From Kofleriaceae bacterium (GTDB lineage: Bacteria > Myxococcota_A > Polyangia > Haliangiales > Haliangiaceae), in contig CBDCCZ010000011.1 in NCBI GenBank assembly GCA_965215005.1, positions 1-64,000 of the forward strand: a DNA stretch of 64,000 nucleotides. The letters are read 5' to 3'. The notes beneath the pieces are model-generated. The model was not told the origin of the DNA. It ran no database searches and saw nothing but the letters and a program-made list of their open reading frames with translations. The first letter of the stretch is position 1. Each line of letters opens with the position of its first letter. The translations under genes were made by a program, and so were the position numbers. Of the stretch, positions 52,837-62,366 are shown one piece after another.

Positions 52837-53547
52837 TCACGGCGTGATAGCGATCTCGCGGCCATCATCGGTTGTATAAATGTAGTAGTCAGCGCGATCA
52901 TCGCGCTCGCGCTGCGGCGGAACGTAGAGCATGTAACCTTGAGGTACGACCGGAGCTGGTACCCTCGTCCAGGCAGACGCTGCACCAGTGGGATAGGCCG
53001 CCGAGTCGAGCGGGGCGGCGCCGCGAGCGGCCTCGAGGGACTCGCTATCCGTGGCTCGGATGCTCGGCTCGGTTCCTACGCGATCGATCAGCTGCCCATT
53101 TGCGATACCAGGCTGAGTTCCCAGACGGTCATTGCCTTCTACGACGTTGGGCTCAGTGCCAACGCGGTCAAAGAGTTGTCCGTTTGCGACGCCCGGCGTG
53201 GCGCCGACGGGATCGAGCTGTCGCGCCACCCCCGGCTCACCGCCCATGCCGTTGACCCGCCCGTTCGCGACGCCTGGGGTAGCGCCTAACCGGTTATCTG
53301 CTGAGCCCGGGGCGTTGGTGGCACCTCGAGCGGCCGCACCAGCACCCGCTGTCGTCGCACTGGTCGCGCCGGTGGTGGCGCCAGCGCTCGGTGTCCCAAC
53401 GCCGGTCGCTGCGGGCGGCCGAGCCGCGGGCGTTGCTCCGCTCGTGCCGGTCGAGCCTGGGCTGGGGGCGCTCTGACAGCTCCCCGCGCACCCTGAAAGC
53501 GCGAGAGCCAGGGCCCCGAAGATTGCGGCATTTGCGGCTCGATTCAT
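52837..53547 (-). CDS. Lipoprotein with low-complexity linker and about six G-x-x-P repeats
   Basis: AGGAGG RBS, lipobox LSG-C, and repeats such as DRLGTQPGIANGQL and DPVGATPGVANGQL. Confidence 0.7.
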   Translation of the reverse strand: MNRAANAAIFGALALALSGCAGSCQSAPSPGSTGTSGATPAARPPAATGVGTPSAGATTGATSATTAGAGAAARGATNAPGSADNRLGATPGVANGRVNGMGGEPGVARQLDPVGATPGVANGQLFDRVGTEPNVVEGNDRLGTQPGIANGQLIDRVGTEPSIRATDSESLEAARGAAPLDSAAYPTGAASAWTRVPAPVVPQGYMLYVPPQRERDDRADYYIYTTDDGREIAITP

Positions 53548-53575
53548 GTCATTCCTCCTACGAGCCTCGTGGTAT

Positions 53576-53591
53576 TGCGAATGACATGCCA
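53576..53591 (-). promoter_or_regulatory. sigma54-type promoter
   Basis: Minus strand TGGCATGTCATTCGCA is GG-N10-GC, 29 nt upstream of ATG 53547. Confidence 0.5.
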
Positions 53592-53619
53592 CCAGCCACG
53601 CTGGTGCCGTGACAGCCAG

Positions 53620-55656
53620 CTAAGGCTGCGGAACCAGGACTCGGCTACCGCGTGGCGGCATCGTCATGCGCAGTGTGGCGTCTGCGCTCACCGTGAAGGT
53701 TCCCCCGCCGCCGGGGCTCACGTCGAGCAGCACAGTTCCGGGCGAAAAGGACGTTCGCATGCACCCGCTGGGCAGCGAGCAAGTCTCACTGGGTGCGTCA
53801 GAGGCGTTGATTACCACGAGTAGCCGCTGCTCTTCGCTGCTGCGTTCGAAGGCAAAGATGCCATGGTCGGCCTCGCCGACGGCAGCATCGGTGGCCCAGC
53901 GAATGGTCACCTTGCCCCGACGCAGTGCCGTGAGCTCTTTGCGCATTTGAATGAGTGCTTGTACGTATGCGAAGAAGTCATGGCTGGTGTCAAAGGCTGA
54001 GAATCCCCGACGAGGATTCCCACGCCACAGATCTTCGCGATTGGCGGGATCGACACCGCCAGCGAACAGCTGCTCGGTACCATAGTAGAGGCAGGGAATG
54101 CCGTCCCAGGTCATCAAGAAGAAAAGCGCATTCTTCAGCGCTTCTACATCGTCTTTCTCGAATAGGAATCGCGGGAGGTCGTGATTATCGAGGAACGTCA
54201 CGAGCGTCTGCTGGGGCGCCAAGCCAGTACCGCCTTCTGCCGAGGCTGCATGCGGCTCCGACTCGTAGGTCGGGCCGCGAGGATAGCCGTTGTCGGCGCA
54301 CCAGGTATCCGGCGGCGCGATGCCCATACGTGAGTAGTAGAGACAAGCGAGGTTTTTCGTCGGCGCGTCATCCATGAAGACCGGGTTGATCCCGCGATAT
54401 TTTTGGCTGAAATAGAACACGCCATCAAAGCGCCCAAAGCGGCCTCGTTCGTCCTGTCCCGCCATCGTGTAAGCCCCGAGGAGCTCGTCGTTGCCGTCGA
54501 ACGCTTCGCCGAACATGAAGAAGTTGTGCTTGCCACGAGCGGCAGCGAACTCGCGGATCCGCGTGGTGAAGTCGCCCCAGAAGCCGCGTACGTTGGGGTT
54601 GATCTCCGGCCGATCGATATGCTTGGCGGTATCGATCCGAAAGCCGTCGAAGTCGGCAACCTCGATCCAATAGGCGAATATCCGAAAGAGTGCGTCTTGC
54701 ACGTCCGGATTGTCTGTATTGAGGTCCTTGAGGCCGCCGGGGAAGTCGCCGTATACTTCCTGTTCACGCACGAATTCGCGCGAGTAGGAACTCTCACGCC
54801 ACCACACATAGACCCGGCCGCGGCGGTTGTACCAAGCAGGATCATCAAACCAGGCTTTCTCACTGGGCCAATCGAACCAATCCGGCGGGCGCGGCGGCAC
54901 GACGCGGTTCTGTTCTGGCCAATTGGGAAATCGGATCGGTGCTGGGCCGGAGAATCCGAGGCTGGTCCATGCTTGGATACCGCGGGGGTCGTACTCGGGA
55001 TCCCACTCGATGATGCGCTCGAGGTAATCGGCGCCTTCGCGACAGTAGGTTTGCTCGTCTTCGCTGCACGCATTGGGCGTTTGATCGCAAATCTGCACGC
55101 ATGTATGGCTGCGACCGCCGCCCTGCAGCCAGTCATCCGGTTGGCCATTGCCGTTGATGTCGTAATAGAACAGCTGGCCAACGTGGTTGGTGACGACATC
55201 GAGCAGCACCAGCATTCCGCGGGCGTGGGCTTCATCCACCAACTCGCGCAGCTCAAGCAAGCTTCCAAAGTGAGGATTGGTGCGCAAAAAGTCTTGTGTC
55301 CAATATCCGTGATAGGAGGCGAAGCCGGCGTCCTCTTCGGTGTTCTTGACGACTGGACTGATCCATAGTGCGGTCACTCCCAACGCTTCGAGGTAGTCGA
55401 GCTGATCGATGATGCCCTGCCAATCACCTCCGTGATAGCGACCGGGTATCGAGGGCTCGACGTTGTAGTCGTTGTTGGGATTGCCGTTGGAAAACCTGTC
55501 TACGACGATCTGATAGATGACCTGGTCACGCCAGTCGACGTCCTGGTTCGCTTGCGCCGGTCTATCCTTGGGATGCTCTAGCTCAGTGGCGCCGCCGCAG
55601 GCCGCGGCAGCACCGGCAATGCATGCGAAGACAATGAAAAGATAGATGGGGCGCAT
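53620..55656 (-). CDS. GH13 alpha-amylase family lipoprotein
   Basis: IYQIVVDRF, GGDWQG, YHGYW, DVVTNH, DGFRIDTAKH, GEAF, FLDNHD and GIPCLYYG motifs; lipobox AAA-C. Confidence 0.93.
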   Translation of the reverse strand: MRPIYLFIVFACIAGAAAACGGATELEHPKDRPAQANQDVDWRDQVIYQIVVDRFSNGNPNNDYNVEPSIPGRYHGGDWQGIIDQLDYLEALGVTALWISPVVKNTEEDAGFASYHGYWTQDFLRTNPHFGSLLELRELVDEAHARGMLVLLDVVTNHVGQLFYYDINGNGQPDDWLQGGGRSHTCVQICDQTPNACSEDEQTYCREGADYLERIIEWDPEYDPRGIQAWTSLGFSGPAPIRFPNWPEQNRVVPPRPPDWFDWPSEKAWFDDPAWYNRRGRVYVWWRESSYSREFVREQEVYGDFPGGLKDLNTDNPDVQDALFRIFAYWIEVADFDGFRIDTAKHIDRPEINPNVRGFWGDFTTRIREFAAARGKHNFFMFGEAFDGNDELLGAYTMAGQDERGRFGRFDGVFYFSQKYRGINPVFMDDAPTKNLACLYYSRMGIAPPDTWCADNGYPRGPTYESEPHAASAEGGTGLAPQQTLVTFLDNHDLPRFLFEKDDVEALKNALFFLMTWDGIPCLYYGTEQLFAGGVDPANREDLWRGNPRRGFSAFDTSHDFFAYVQALIQMRKELTALRRGKVTIRWATDAAVGEADHGIFAFERSSEEQRLLVVINASDAPSETCSLPSGCMRTSFSPGTVLLDVSPGGGGTFTVSADATLRMTMPPRGSRVLVPQP

Positions 55657-55665
55657 CGAAGTCTC

Positions 55666-57183
55666 CTAACGATAGGTAGAATTGAACCACCACTCAGCTT
55701 GCACGCCGAGGTAGTGCCTCCAGGTATCGAGTCGCCGGGGGTCGCCGAGTGGATAAAGGTCACGCGCGCCGTCGTTGAGATGAGCCGCACGGTAGACGAG
55801 ACGGAACTGTGGCCGCGCGTAGCCCCCTACTCCAAAGGGCGAATAAATCGCCATCGGCGCAACCTGCCACAACTTCGGGTCGAGCGCCACGCCCGCCGTA
55901 GACGAGAACCCGCGCGGAAACCTCGCTTGGTAACTCACATCCACAGCCGCGAGCCAGGTGGGTGTAATAGCCAGCTGCGGCCGCACGTCGAGGATGTACT
56001 CCCAGCCATCGTCGCGGTCGGTGGCGTCCGGATCGGCATCTTCGAACCGGCGTGAGTAGCCGCCCCAGAGCACGGAGAAGTGCGGCACCTCGAGATTTCC
56101 CGCGACTGCAAACATCAGCTCGGAAGCATCGGAGACCATCAACAGGGGACTTACATCCACTGGCGGCGCGAGCTCATCGAACGCGGCGAGACCACGTGAG
56201 TAGCGAGCAAACACATTTACGTGGCTGCGTCCCGGCGCAAATCCCCATGCACCCACTTGCGCGCCGACCGTCCAGCCGACCTCGCTCGGGAGAGATTCGA
56301 TCGTGTCGTCGGTGCGGAGCCGCTCTCCACTTGGCAGCGCCTGCACCTCCGCATACCCCTTCAGCTTGATCGCCGGTCCTTGTGCAGGTCCCCAAACTCG
56401 ATAGCTGGCCTTGGCGCTGCTCAGCAGTCGCTGGCGATCGAGCTGCGTGACCGTCGCCGAGCCGAGCTCCTGATCGGCGACGACTCGCTGTTGGAACTGA
56501 TACGGATCAAGCAGGCGATTGGCACCGACGTGAATGGCTGCATCGAGCCGGTTCTCGCGGAACCAGGCGCCGATTCCAACTGTGTTGAGATCGTCGAGCG
56601 GCCAGTAGTCCAATAGGTAGATATCGTCTCCGCGATACATGCGTGAGCCGATCCAGAGGCCAAGCCGATCTCGCACAGTTGCCTCGGCATATAGATTGCG
56701 CAGCGCCGGCTGTGCGGTGAACTCGCCGGTGTAGTGGAATAAAGAATTGGCAAACGCCAAGGTGACGACGGTTTGCACCGAGACGTCGCCGGGCGCGCGC
56801 ATCCGGTAGTAAAGGTCGAACTCGAGGTAGGTCGGCTTTGTGATGCGCGACCCATGTGCGACCACCTCGAGCTGCTGCGGCGTCGAGCCGCGCAGGTCAG
56901 TGGCTGCGTCGACTCGACCATACGAGCCGAAGCCAAACCCAAGTGGCGCCTGCGGCGTCGGGTCGAGCGACGTTGGGGCCGCCGCTGGCTCGGCAGCTCG
57001 CGCGGGCGCAGGCGCTGCGGGCGCAGGCGGCGCAGGCGGCGCAGGCGGCGCAGGCGGCGCAGGCGCGTCAGCCAACGGCATCGGCGGCAGCTGTTCCTCA
57101 GGCGGTTCCGCGCCGGGTTGGGCTATGGCAGGGCCAGCAGCTGCGGCCAAGCACAGCATCCAGATCACGGCGTTACGAGCCAT
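55666..57183 (-). CDS. Carbohydrate porin (LamB/maltoporin-like)
   Basis: Signal peptide, Pro/Ala linker, FGSYGR, WIGSRMYRGDDIY and C-terminal GVQAEWW (compare LamB ...EIWW). Sits upstream of the amylase. Confidence 0.75.
   Translation of the reverse strand: MARNAVIWMLCLAAAAGPAIAQPGAEPPEEQLPPMPLADAPAPPAPPAPPAPPAPAAPAPARAAEPAAAPTSLDPTPQAPLGFGFGSYGRVDAATDLRGSTPQQLEVVAHGSRITKPTYLEFDLYYRMRAPGDVSVQTVVTLAFANSLFHYTGEFTAQPALRNLYAEATVRDRLGLWIGSRMYRGDDIYLLDYWPLDDLNTVGIGAWFRENRLDAAIHVGANRLLDPYQFQQRVVADQELGSATVTQLDRQRLLSSAKASYRVWGPAQGPAIKLKGYAEVQALPSGERLRTDDTIESLPSEVGWTVGAQVGAWGFAPGRSHVNVFARYSRGLAAFDELAPPVDVSPLLMVSDASELMFAVAGNLEVPHFSVLWGGYSRRFEDADPDATDRDDGWEYILDVRPQLAITPTWLAAVDVSYQARFPRGFSSTAGVALDPKLWQVAPMAIYSPFGVGGYARPQFRLVYRAAHLNDGARDLYPLGDPRRLDTWRHYLGVQAEWWFNSTYR
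57020..57064. repeat. 9-bp tandem repeat x5 (GGCGCAGGC) encoding an APP linker
   Basis: Read directly from the sequence; in frame within the porin N-terminus. Confidence 0.9.
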
Positions 57184-57197
57184 TCTGCAGCCTCGAC

Positions 57198-57213
57198 AGC
57201 ATGATCCGTGCCT
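57198..57213 (-). promoter_or_regulatory. Possible sigma54-type promoter
   Basis: Minus strand AGGCACGGATCATGCT is GG-N10-GC, 15 nt upstream of the porin ATG. Confidence 0.35.
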
Positions 57214-57469
57214 TCTCCCTACACCGCGAAGACCACAGCTCCTTTCTTCGAGCTCGCGCTGAGCAGCGTTGCATTCGGCAACGGTTCGGGCGCGCGGACG
57301 TCGAGCATAGCAACTGCGCTCTGCCGCCGCTGGTCAAGGTGCACGTTCAGGTCGCCAACGCTACGTTTGGCAACATTTGATGTGCTGCGTTGCGTCACGC
57401 GCCGCGGCTCGTGTGCGTGTTCCGCGCAAATCGTGCCCGCGCATTTGTCATCATCTTTCCCTACGGAGG

Positions 57470-59716
57470 CTAGTCGCTGACGTAGATGGCGGGTTCGCTA
57501 CTCGATTGGGCTTGAAGGTGGCCAACGATGGCGGCTTGTCGATATCCCGCGCGCTGAAGTGCCTCTAGGCAGGCGCGCACGCCTGCTGGCGGAATAGCGG
57601 CGAGCAACCCACCGGCGGTCTGGGGATCGAAAAGTAGTTGCCAATTGCGATGATGCGCAGCATGACGCGAGGTGCGAACCTGGGCCAGCAGAGCTGCATT
57701 GGCGGGTGCCAGAGAGCTGGTTATGCCCGCGGCGAGGACCTCGTTGGCGCCAGGGAGGGCTGGCAGTGTCTCGAGCGAGAGCGTTGCGTCTACTCCGCTG
57801 GCTCGGACCATCTCGAATAGGTGACCGAGTATTCCGAAGCCGGTCACGTCGGTGCTGGCGTTGACGTGGTGTCGACGGAACAAGCGCGCGGCCTCTGCAC
57901 TGGATTGCTCCATGGTGGCGACGGCGGCAGCGAGCCACCGCGCTTTGGCCAAACCGCGCATGGCTGCTGCGAGAACGGCGCCGGTCCCGAGCGGTTTGCA
58001 CAGAAGGAGCAGATCCCCGGCGCGGCCGCCACGCTTACGAACCACGTCGGCCAGCGCCACGTGCCCCATTACCGCGAAGCCAGCACTCAGCTCCGCACCC
58101 TCACTGGAGTGACCCCCAACGAGGATGGCACCTGCGGCGGTCAATGCGTCTTGCGCTCCCAACAGCACTTGCGCGAGGTCCTCCTCGATCTTGTCGTCAA
58201 GGGCGCGCGGCAAGATGATAGATGCAAGTGCCGTCTTAGGAGTGGCTCCCATAGCGTACACATCGCCCAGAGCATGATTGACGGCTATACGACCGAAGCG
58301 AAACGGATCATCGATCATGGCGCGGATATGATCGATGGAATGAACTTGTCCGTTGCCGTTGCCGCAGTCGATTACCGCGGCGTCGTCCCGCGCAGCGAGA
58401 TCAATCGGCACGTCGGCCGCTGGCTTTTGCAGACGCGCTAATGCTCTTTCGAGCACCGCTGGACCGATCTTGCTGCCACATCCTCCGCAGCGCGAAGGAT
58501 GGCGGTTAAGCGCCATCCGCTGGGCATCCGTGAGCAGTCTTGGCTCGACGGCTGCCAGTTCGACCTCGGGCATCGCCGGCAGGTCGGTATAGCCGCGGAC
58601 GAATCGCTGATCGATGAACTGCTTGAGGCGCCAAACCCACGCACCTTCCATTGTCATCGATCCACGCGACGCTACGGCATAGGCATCGCCGGTGCCTAGA
58701 ATGGCGAGCCAGCGTTTCTGAGGTCGAAATCGCCGCAGCGATTTTCGTAGCAGTGCCCGGCGCAGGTTTGCAGTCAGCGGCGGCCCTTGCCGCACCGCAA
58801 TCACACCAGCTTTAGGACGCGGATTGTCGACCATGCTCGCCACGTCACCGGCGGCGAATACGCTCGGGTGCGATAGCGAGCGCAAGTAGCTGTCTACGGC
58901 AACGAAGCCAGAGGGATCGGTGGCGAGCCCCGCTGCCGCAAGCCAAGGCGCCGCGGCGGCACCGGTGACCCAGAGAATGTCGTCAACGGCAACACGCTGG
59001 TGGTTTCGACAAACGAGCGAGTCTGGCTCGACGGCAATGACTCGATGATGCTCATAAAGCTCGACGCCGCGCTCCCTCAAGGCGCGACGGAGCCGGACGC
59101 GAAGATGGCGAGTGTGCTCCGGCAGGAGCTCGCCGGCGGTGACCAGCGCAACGCTGAGAAGCTGACGCCTGTCGCCAAGGAGCCCACGCATCCGATGCGC
59201 GGCGGCGAGGGCCAATTCGACGCCGCCGGCTCCACCGCCGACAACGCCTACTCGATAGGGCTTCTCGAGGTGAGGTAGCCGCTCCAGCAGCGCCTGCCAG
59301 CGCGACCAGAACGAATCGATTGGCTTGGCCGGGACCACGCGAGCCTCAGCGCCCGCAACGCCCATTGCTGGCGTCGCGCCGATGTCGATCGATAGGAGGT
59401 CGAAGGGGAGCGCTGGTCGATCGGCAAAGCAGACGCGCTTTTCGCCGAGCTTCAGGCCGTTTGCCTCCGCATGCACGAGCCGTGCTCCGGCGAAGTGCGC
59501 GAGCTTGGCGAGGTCGATATGCGCTTCATCGTACTCATAGTGACCAGCGATCAAACCCGGCAGCATCCCGGAATAGGGCGCGTGTAGGTCTCGGGTCACG
59601 AGAGTGAGGCGCAGGCCGGCGAGCGGGCGCATTCCGAAGTCACGAAGAACCGCTAGATGACTGTGGCCCCCACCGAGGAGAACGAGATCTTTGACCACCG
59701 GCGCCGCGGCACGCAT
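57470..59716 (-). CDS. selD: Selenide,water dikinase fused to an N-terminal pyridine nucleotide-disulfide oxidoreductase domain
   Basis: N-terminal LVLLGGGHSH, YSGMLPG, GGGAGGVE and FAAGD. C-terminal RCGGCGSK, DDAA, DVYAMG, GGHS, TDVTGFG and DPQTAGGLL. Confidence 0.92.
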   Translation of the reverse strand: MRAAAPVVKDLVLLGGGHSHLAVLRDFGMRPLAGLRLTLVTRDLHAPYSGMLPGLIAGHYEYDEAHIDLAKLAHFAGARLVHAEANGLKLGEKRVCFADRPALPFDLLSIDIGATPAMGVAGAEARVVPAKPIDSFWSRWQALLERLPHLEKPYRVGVVGGGAGGVELALAAAHRMRGLLGDRRQLLSVALVTAGELLPEHTRHLRVRLRRALRERGVELYEHHRVIAVEPDSLVCRNHQRVAVDDILWVTGAAAAPWLAAAGLATDPSGFVAVDSYLRSLSHPSVFAAGDVASMVDNPRPKAGVIAVRQGPPLTANLRRALLRKSLRRFRPQKRWLAILGTGDAYAVASRGSMTMEGAWVWRLKQFIDQRFVRGYTDLPAMPEVELAAVEPRLLTDAQRMALNRHPSRCGGCGSKIGPAVLERALARLQKPAADVPIDLAARDDAAVIDCGNGNGQVHSIDHIRAMIDDPFRFGRIAVNHALGDVYAMGATPKTALASIILPRALDDKIEEDLAQVLLGAQDALTAAGAILVGGHSSEGAELSAGFAVMGHVALADVVRKRGGRAGDLLLLCKPLGTGAVLAAAMRGLAKARWLAAAVATMEQSSAEAARLFRRHHVNASTDVTGFGILGHLFEMVRASGVDATLSLETLPALPGANEVLAAGITSSLAPANAALLAQVRTSRHAAHHRNWQLLFDPQTAGGLLAAIPPAGVRACLEALQRAGYRQAAIVGHLQAQSSSEPAIYVSD

Positions 59717-59818
59717 GCGCCAGCTTTGGCACGCGCGGCTGGCGATGACCAGGGCATCACGGCACGCATCGATCGAGTTGCCGTTGGAGAGCCATCAACG
59801 CGTCGCCGCCGCGCGAGC

Positions 59819-60204
59819 TCAGCGCGTTGCACGCTGCTTTGCAACAGCCGGTGCCAAGAAGGCGCGGTACGGCTTGGGCTCGAAGCGATGGTCGGGATAG
59901 ATCTCGTAGAGCCGCGAAGCCAGCTCGAGGTCGCGAATTGAGCCGCGGCTAACCTGCCAGGGAATCTCTTGGTGAGCGAGCACCTCGCGTATATCGCAGC
60001 TCATCAACTGGCGAACATCACGCCACCGCTCGGCATCGCCCCGAGTGCGGAATACATACTCTTACGGCCCGGCGGCGCATCGCCGCTCCAGACCACGTAG
60101 CCGCGATGATAGGTGTCGGTCACCGGCGCGAGACCATCGCAGTAGTCACAGACGTAGCTGACGAGGAGCAACGTCATAGGCCGATTGCAGTCAGGGCATT
60201 GCAT
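59819..60204 (-). pseudogene. Small zinc-ribbon protein (CPxC...CxxC), frameshifted near 60060
   Basis: MQCPDCNRPMTLLLVSYVCDYCDG...PPGRK joins EYVFRTRGDAERWRDVRQLMSCDIREV...AFLA if one base is restored in CGTAAGAGTAT. Confidence 0.65.
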
Positions 60205-60315
60205 AAGGAGAGCGGCCTTCACAGAGGCTTGCTCTATCTAGGCTAGCGAGCCGCGCGCGCGGTGCAACTTCGCCGTTATCGAACCCCGGCCCCCCCTCCG
60301 CTCCCGTTGGCGCGC

Positions 60316-62280
60316 TCACTCACACGCGCCGATGCTGCAGTTGCAGGGGCCGTCGCAGGTGTTAACGACCTGTCGCTCGCGCAGGAATCGGTCGATCTGG
60401 CGAATCGCGGCCGGCTGCCGACGGATTGATGCGTGGGTGCCGTTCTCGGTGACGTTGCGGGCGTTGGTCGATGGCGGCATTGGAGTTGGTTCTTCATCGA
60501 ACACGACCAATGCCGACTCTAGAGGGCCTTCGAGGCTGCGCAGGCCCGCGGGAACCAGCACGGCCGGCTCGAGCACCGGTATCCCCATCACGCGTGCTTG
60601 CGCGGCGGTGGCGATGTTGGAGACGCGGCTGTCACCAAGGCCCATGTGCATGAGGACCTGCGTGCTGCGACTTCCCGGCAAGGGATTGTCCAGGATGCGC
60701 TTGCTGAGCCAGAGGTTTTCCACCCGATCGAACCCCAGCTGCAACAGCGATTCGATGATGACGGTATTGAGGGCGCCGCTGTAGGCGCCTGAAAGAATTA
60801 GCTGGAAGGTTGGCCAATTGGTCGAGCGCTCCATCAGCAAGCCCCAGTTGGAGCCACCAACCGACAAGATCGCTTGTGAGAAGAACGGATCGACTGCAAT
60901 GAGCGATGAGCCGAGAATGTGGCCTTGTGAAATCCCATAGAAGACCACTCGTTGCGGGTCGAGGAGCCGCTCGGTATCGATGGTGAGCTCGGGGGCCTGC
61001 CCGAGTGGGCCGCGAATCAGCTGCTCGAGCGTGATCTGATTGACGATGCCTTGAATGATCCGCTCGCCGAAGTTAATCAGCTTGCTGGCATCGCCCAACG
61101 CGAGAGCGGCGCCGGCCAAGGCATCTTCGGACATGCCAAACCAGTCGGTTGCAATCACCACCAGGCACAGCTCGTTTGCCATCTGGCGCAAGAAGTCACT
61201 ACCAGCTTCTCCCAGTGTAAGAAAGAAGCCGTGGCCGTACTGCAGCACCGGAACGGGCCGTTGGCTGGCTGCACACGCCGGCACCATCATATAAAGAGGT
61301 GCTTCCATGGTGCCTGCGACCACCACGTTGCCCGCAGCGTCACGAGCGAGCGCGCCATCGTCGGCAACGTCATCGACCACCTGCGGTGCCTCGAAGGTGC
61401 CCCAAAGGTGACGCAAGCCGGTGGTCTCTTCCACTTGCTCGCGGTCTATCGTGTAGCTCATCTCGCTGGCCAGGGTACCCATCGCCTCGAGAGCTGCGTC
61501 GCGTGCCTGCAGGAGATCGCGGGTGAGGAACGCCTCGGACGCGGTGGTGAAATCCCACGCCACGACCAGCTCCTCGGGGGAAATGCCTTCGGCGGCAAAC
61601 GCCGCGAAGATGGCCGCATAGCGGCCTCTCACCCCTTCGAGCCGCTCATGATTCGTGGCTCGCTCGTCGCGGATCGCGGCGAATCCGGCGGGAACGGCAA
61701 GCTCACCGCCGTCGGCCGCTTTGAGACTGGTTCGAATGCCAATCGCGTAGCGATGGTTGGCTGCAAGACCAGGCAGCGGCCGGATGTAGAGCGCCTGGCG
61801 GTCACGATCCCTCGTGGCGGTGGCGGCGTCTAGGGCATTGACGTCAACTTCAGCGAAATGCTCGACGCGTTTGCCTGTGGTCATGTCGATCATGACGGTC
61901 GTGCTTGCTGCGGTAAGGCTAGCGGCTGAGTTCTCGTGCGATACCAGCCCGGCGGTGTCGACACCTTCTTCGAAGACTGTGAAGGCAAAGCTTGCCGGCG
62001 AGAACCCATCGTGTTCGTTGAAGCGCACGGGATCGATGGGCACGCCATCGGCGTTGGTTGGTAGCGCGTCTGCTGGGATATCTAGACGCCAGCCGGTGAC
62101 CGTGGTGTCGTCTTTCGCTTCATAGATGGCGGATGGCCACGGGGTGATGCAGCCAACGCCTCCGAGCGGGTTGCACTCTGCAGGTGTCGAGACGGAATCG
62201 CCACTGCACCCTGTGATGCCCGCCGCGAAAACGATGACGAACGCGCTGCGCGCGCGCAACAATCGAATGGTCCCCCGCAT
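60316..62280 (-). CDS. Lipoprotein with N-terminal Ig-like region and alpha/beta-hydrolase domain
   Basis: Lipobox ITG-C, DGFSP, VLQYGHGFF, nucleophile elbow YGISQG, and candidate Asp (GDSRV) and His (THASI). Confidence 0.78.
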   Translation of the reverse strand: MRGTIRLLRARSAFVIVFAAGITGCSGDSVSTPAECNPLGGVGCITPWPSAIYEAKDDTTVTGWRLDIPADALPTNADGVPIDPVRFNEHDGFSPASFAFTVFEEGVDTAGLVSHENSAASLTAASTTVMIDMTTGKRVEHFAEVDVNALDAATATRDRDRQALYIRPLPGLAANHRYAIGIRTSLKAADGGELAVPAGFAAIRDERATNHERLEGVRGRYAAIFAAFAAEGISPEELVVAWDFTTASEAFLTRDLLQARDAALEAMGTLASEMSYTIDREQVEETTGLRHLWGTFEAPQVVDDVADDGALARDAAGNVVVAGTMEAPLYMMVPACAASQRPVPVLQYGHGFFLTLGEAGSDFLRQMANELCLVVIATDWFGMSEDALAGAALALGDASKLINFGERIIQGIVNQITLEQLIRGPLGQAPELTIDTERLLDPQRVVFYGISQGHILGSSLIAVDPFFSQAILSVGGSNWGLLMERSTNWPTFQLILSGAYSGALNTVIIESLLQLGFDRVENLWLSKRILDNPLPGSRSTQVLMHMGLGDSRVSNIATAAQARVMGIPVLEPAVLVPAGLRSLEGPLESALVVFDEEPTPMPPSTNARNVTENGTHASIRRQPAAIRQIDRFLRERQVVNTCDGPCNCSIGACE

Positions 62281-62366
62281 ACGCGCATCATACACAAGCT
62301 GCGAAGGTGTGAGAGCAAACGTGCAGAGCTCCCTGCGCGCCGCCCCCCGCGTGTATCCTGTCGCGT

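Noticed and set aside
54198..55368. Long overlapping ORFs (54198..55268 -, 54403..55368 +), and similar ones at 45421..46407 and 22143..23114
   Set aside because: These are off-frame or antisense shadows of well-supported genes, as expected at high GC, and carry no motifs.
57214..57469. ORF 57208..57480 (+) and an imperfect inverted repeat near 57352-57374
   Set aside because: The ORF has no protein-like features and opposes both neighbours. The repeat is too weak to call an operator or RNA.
58470..58500. Selenocysteine recoding in selD
   Set aside because: The active-site codons are Cys and the ORF is open without an in-frame TGA.
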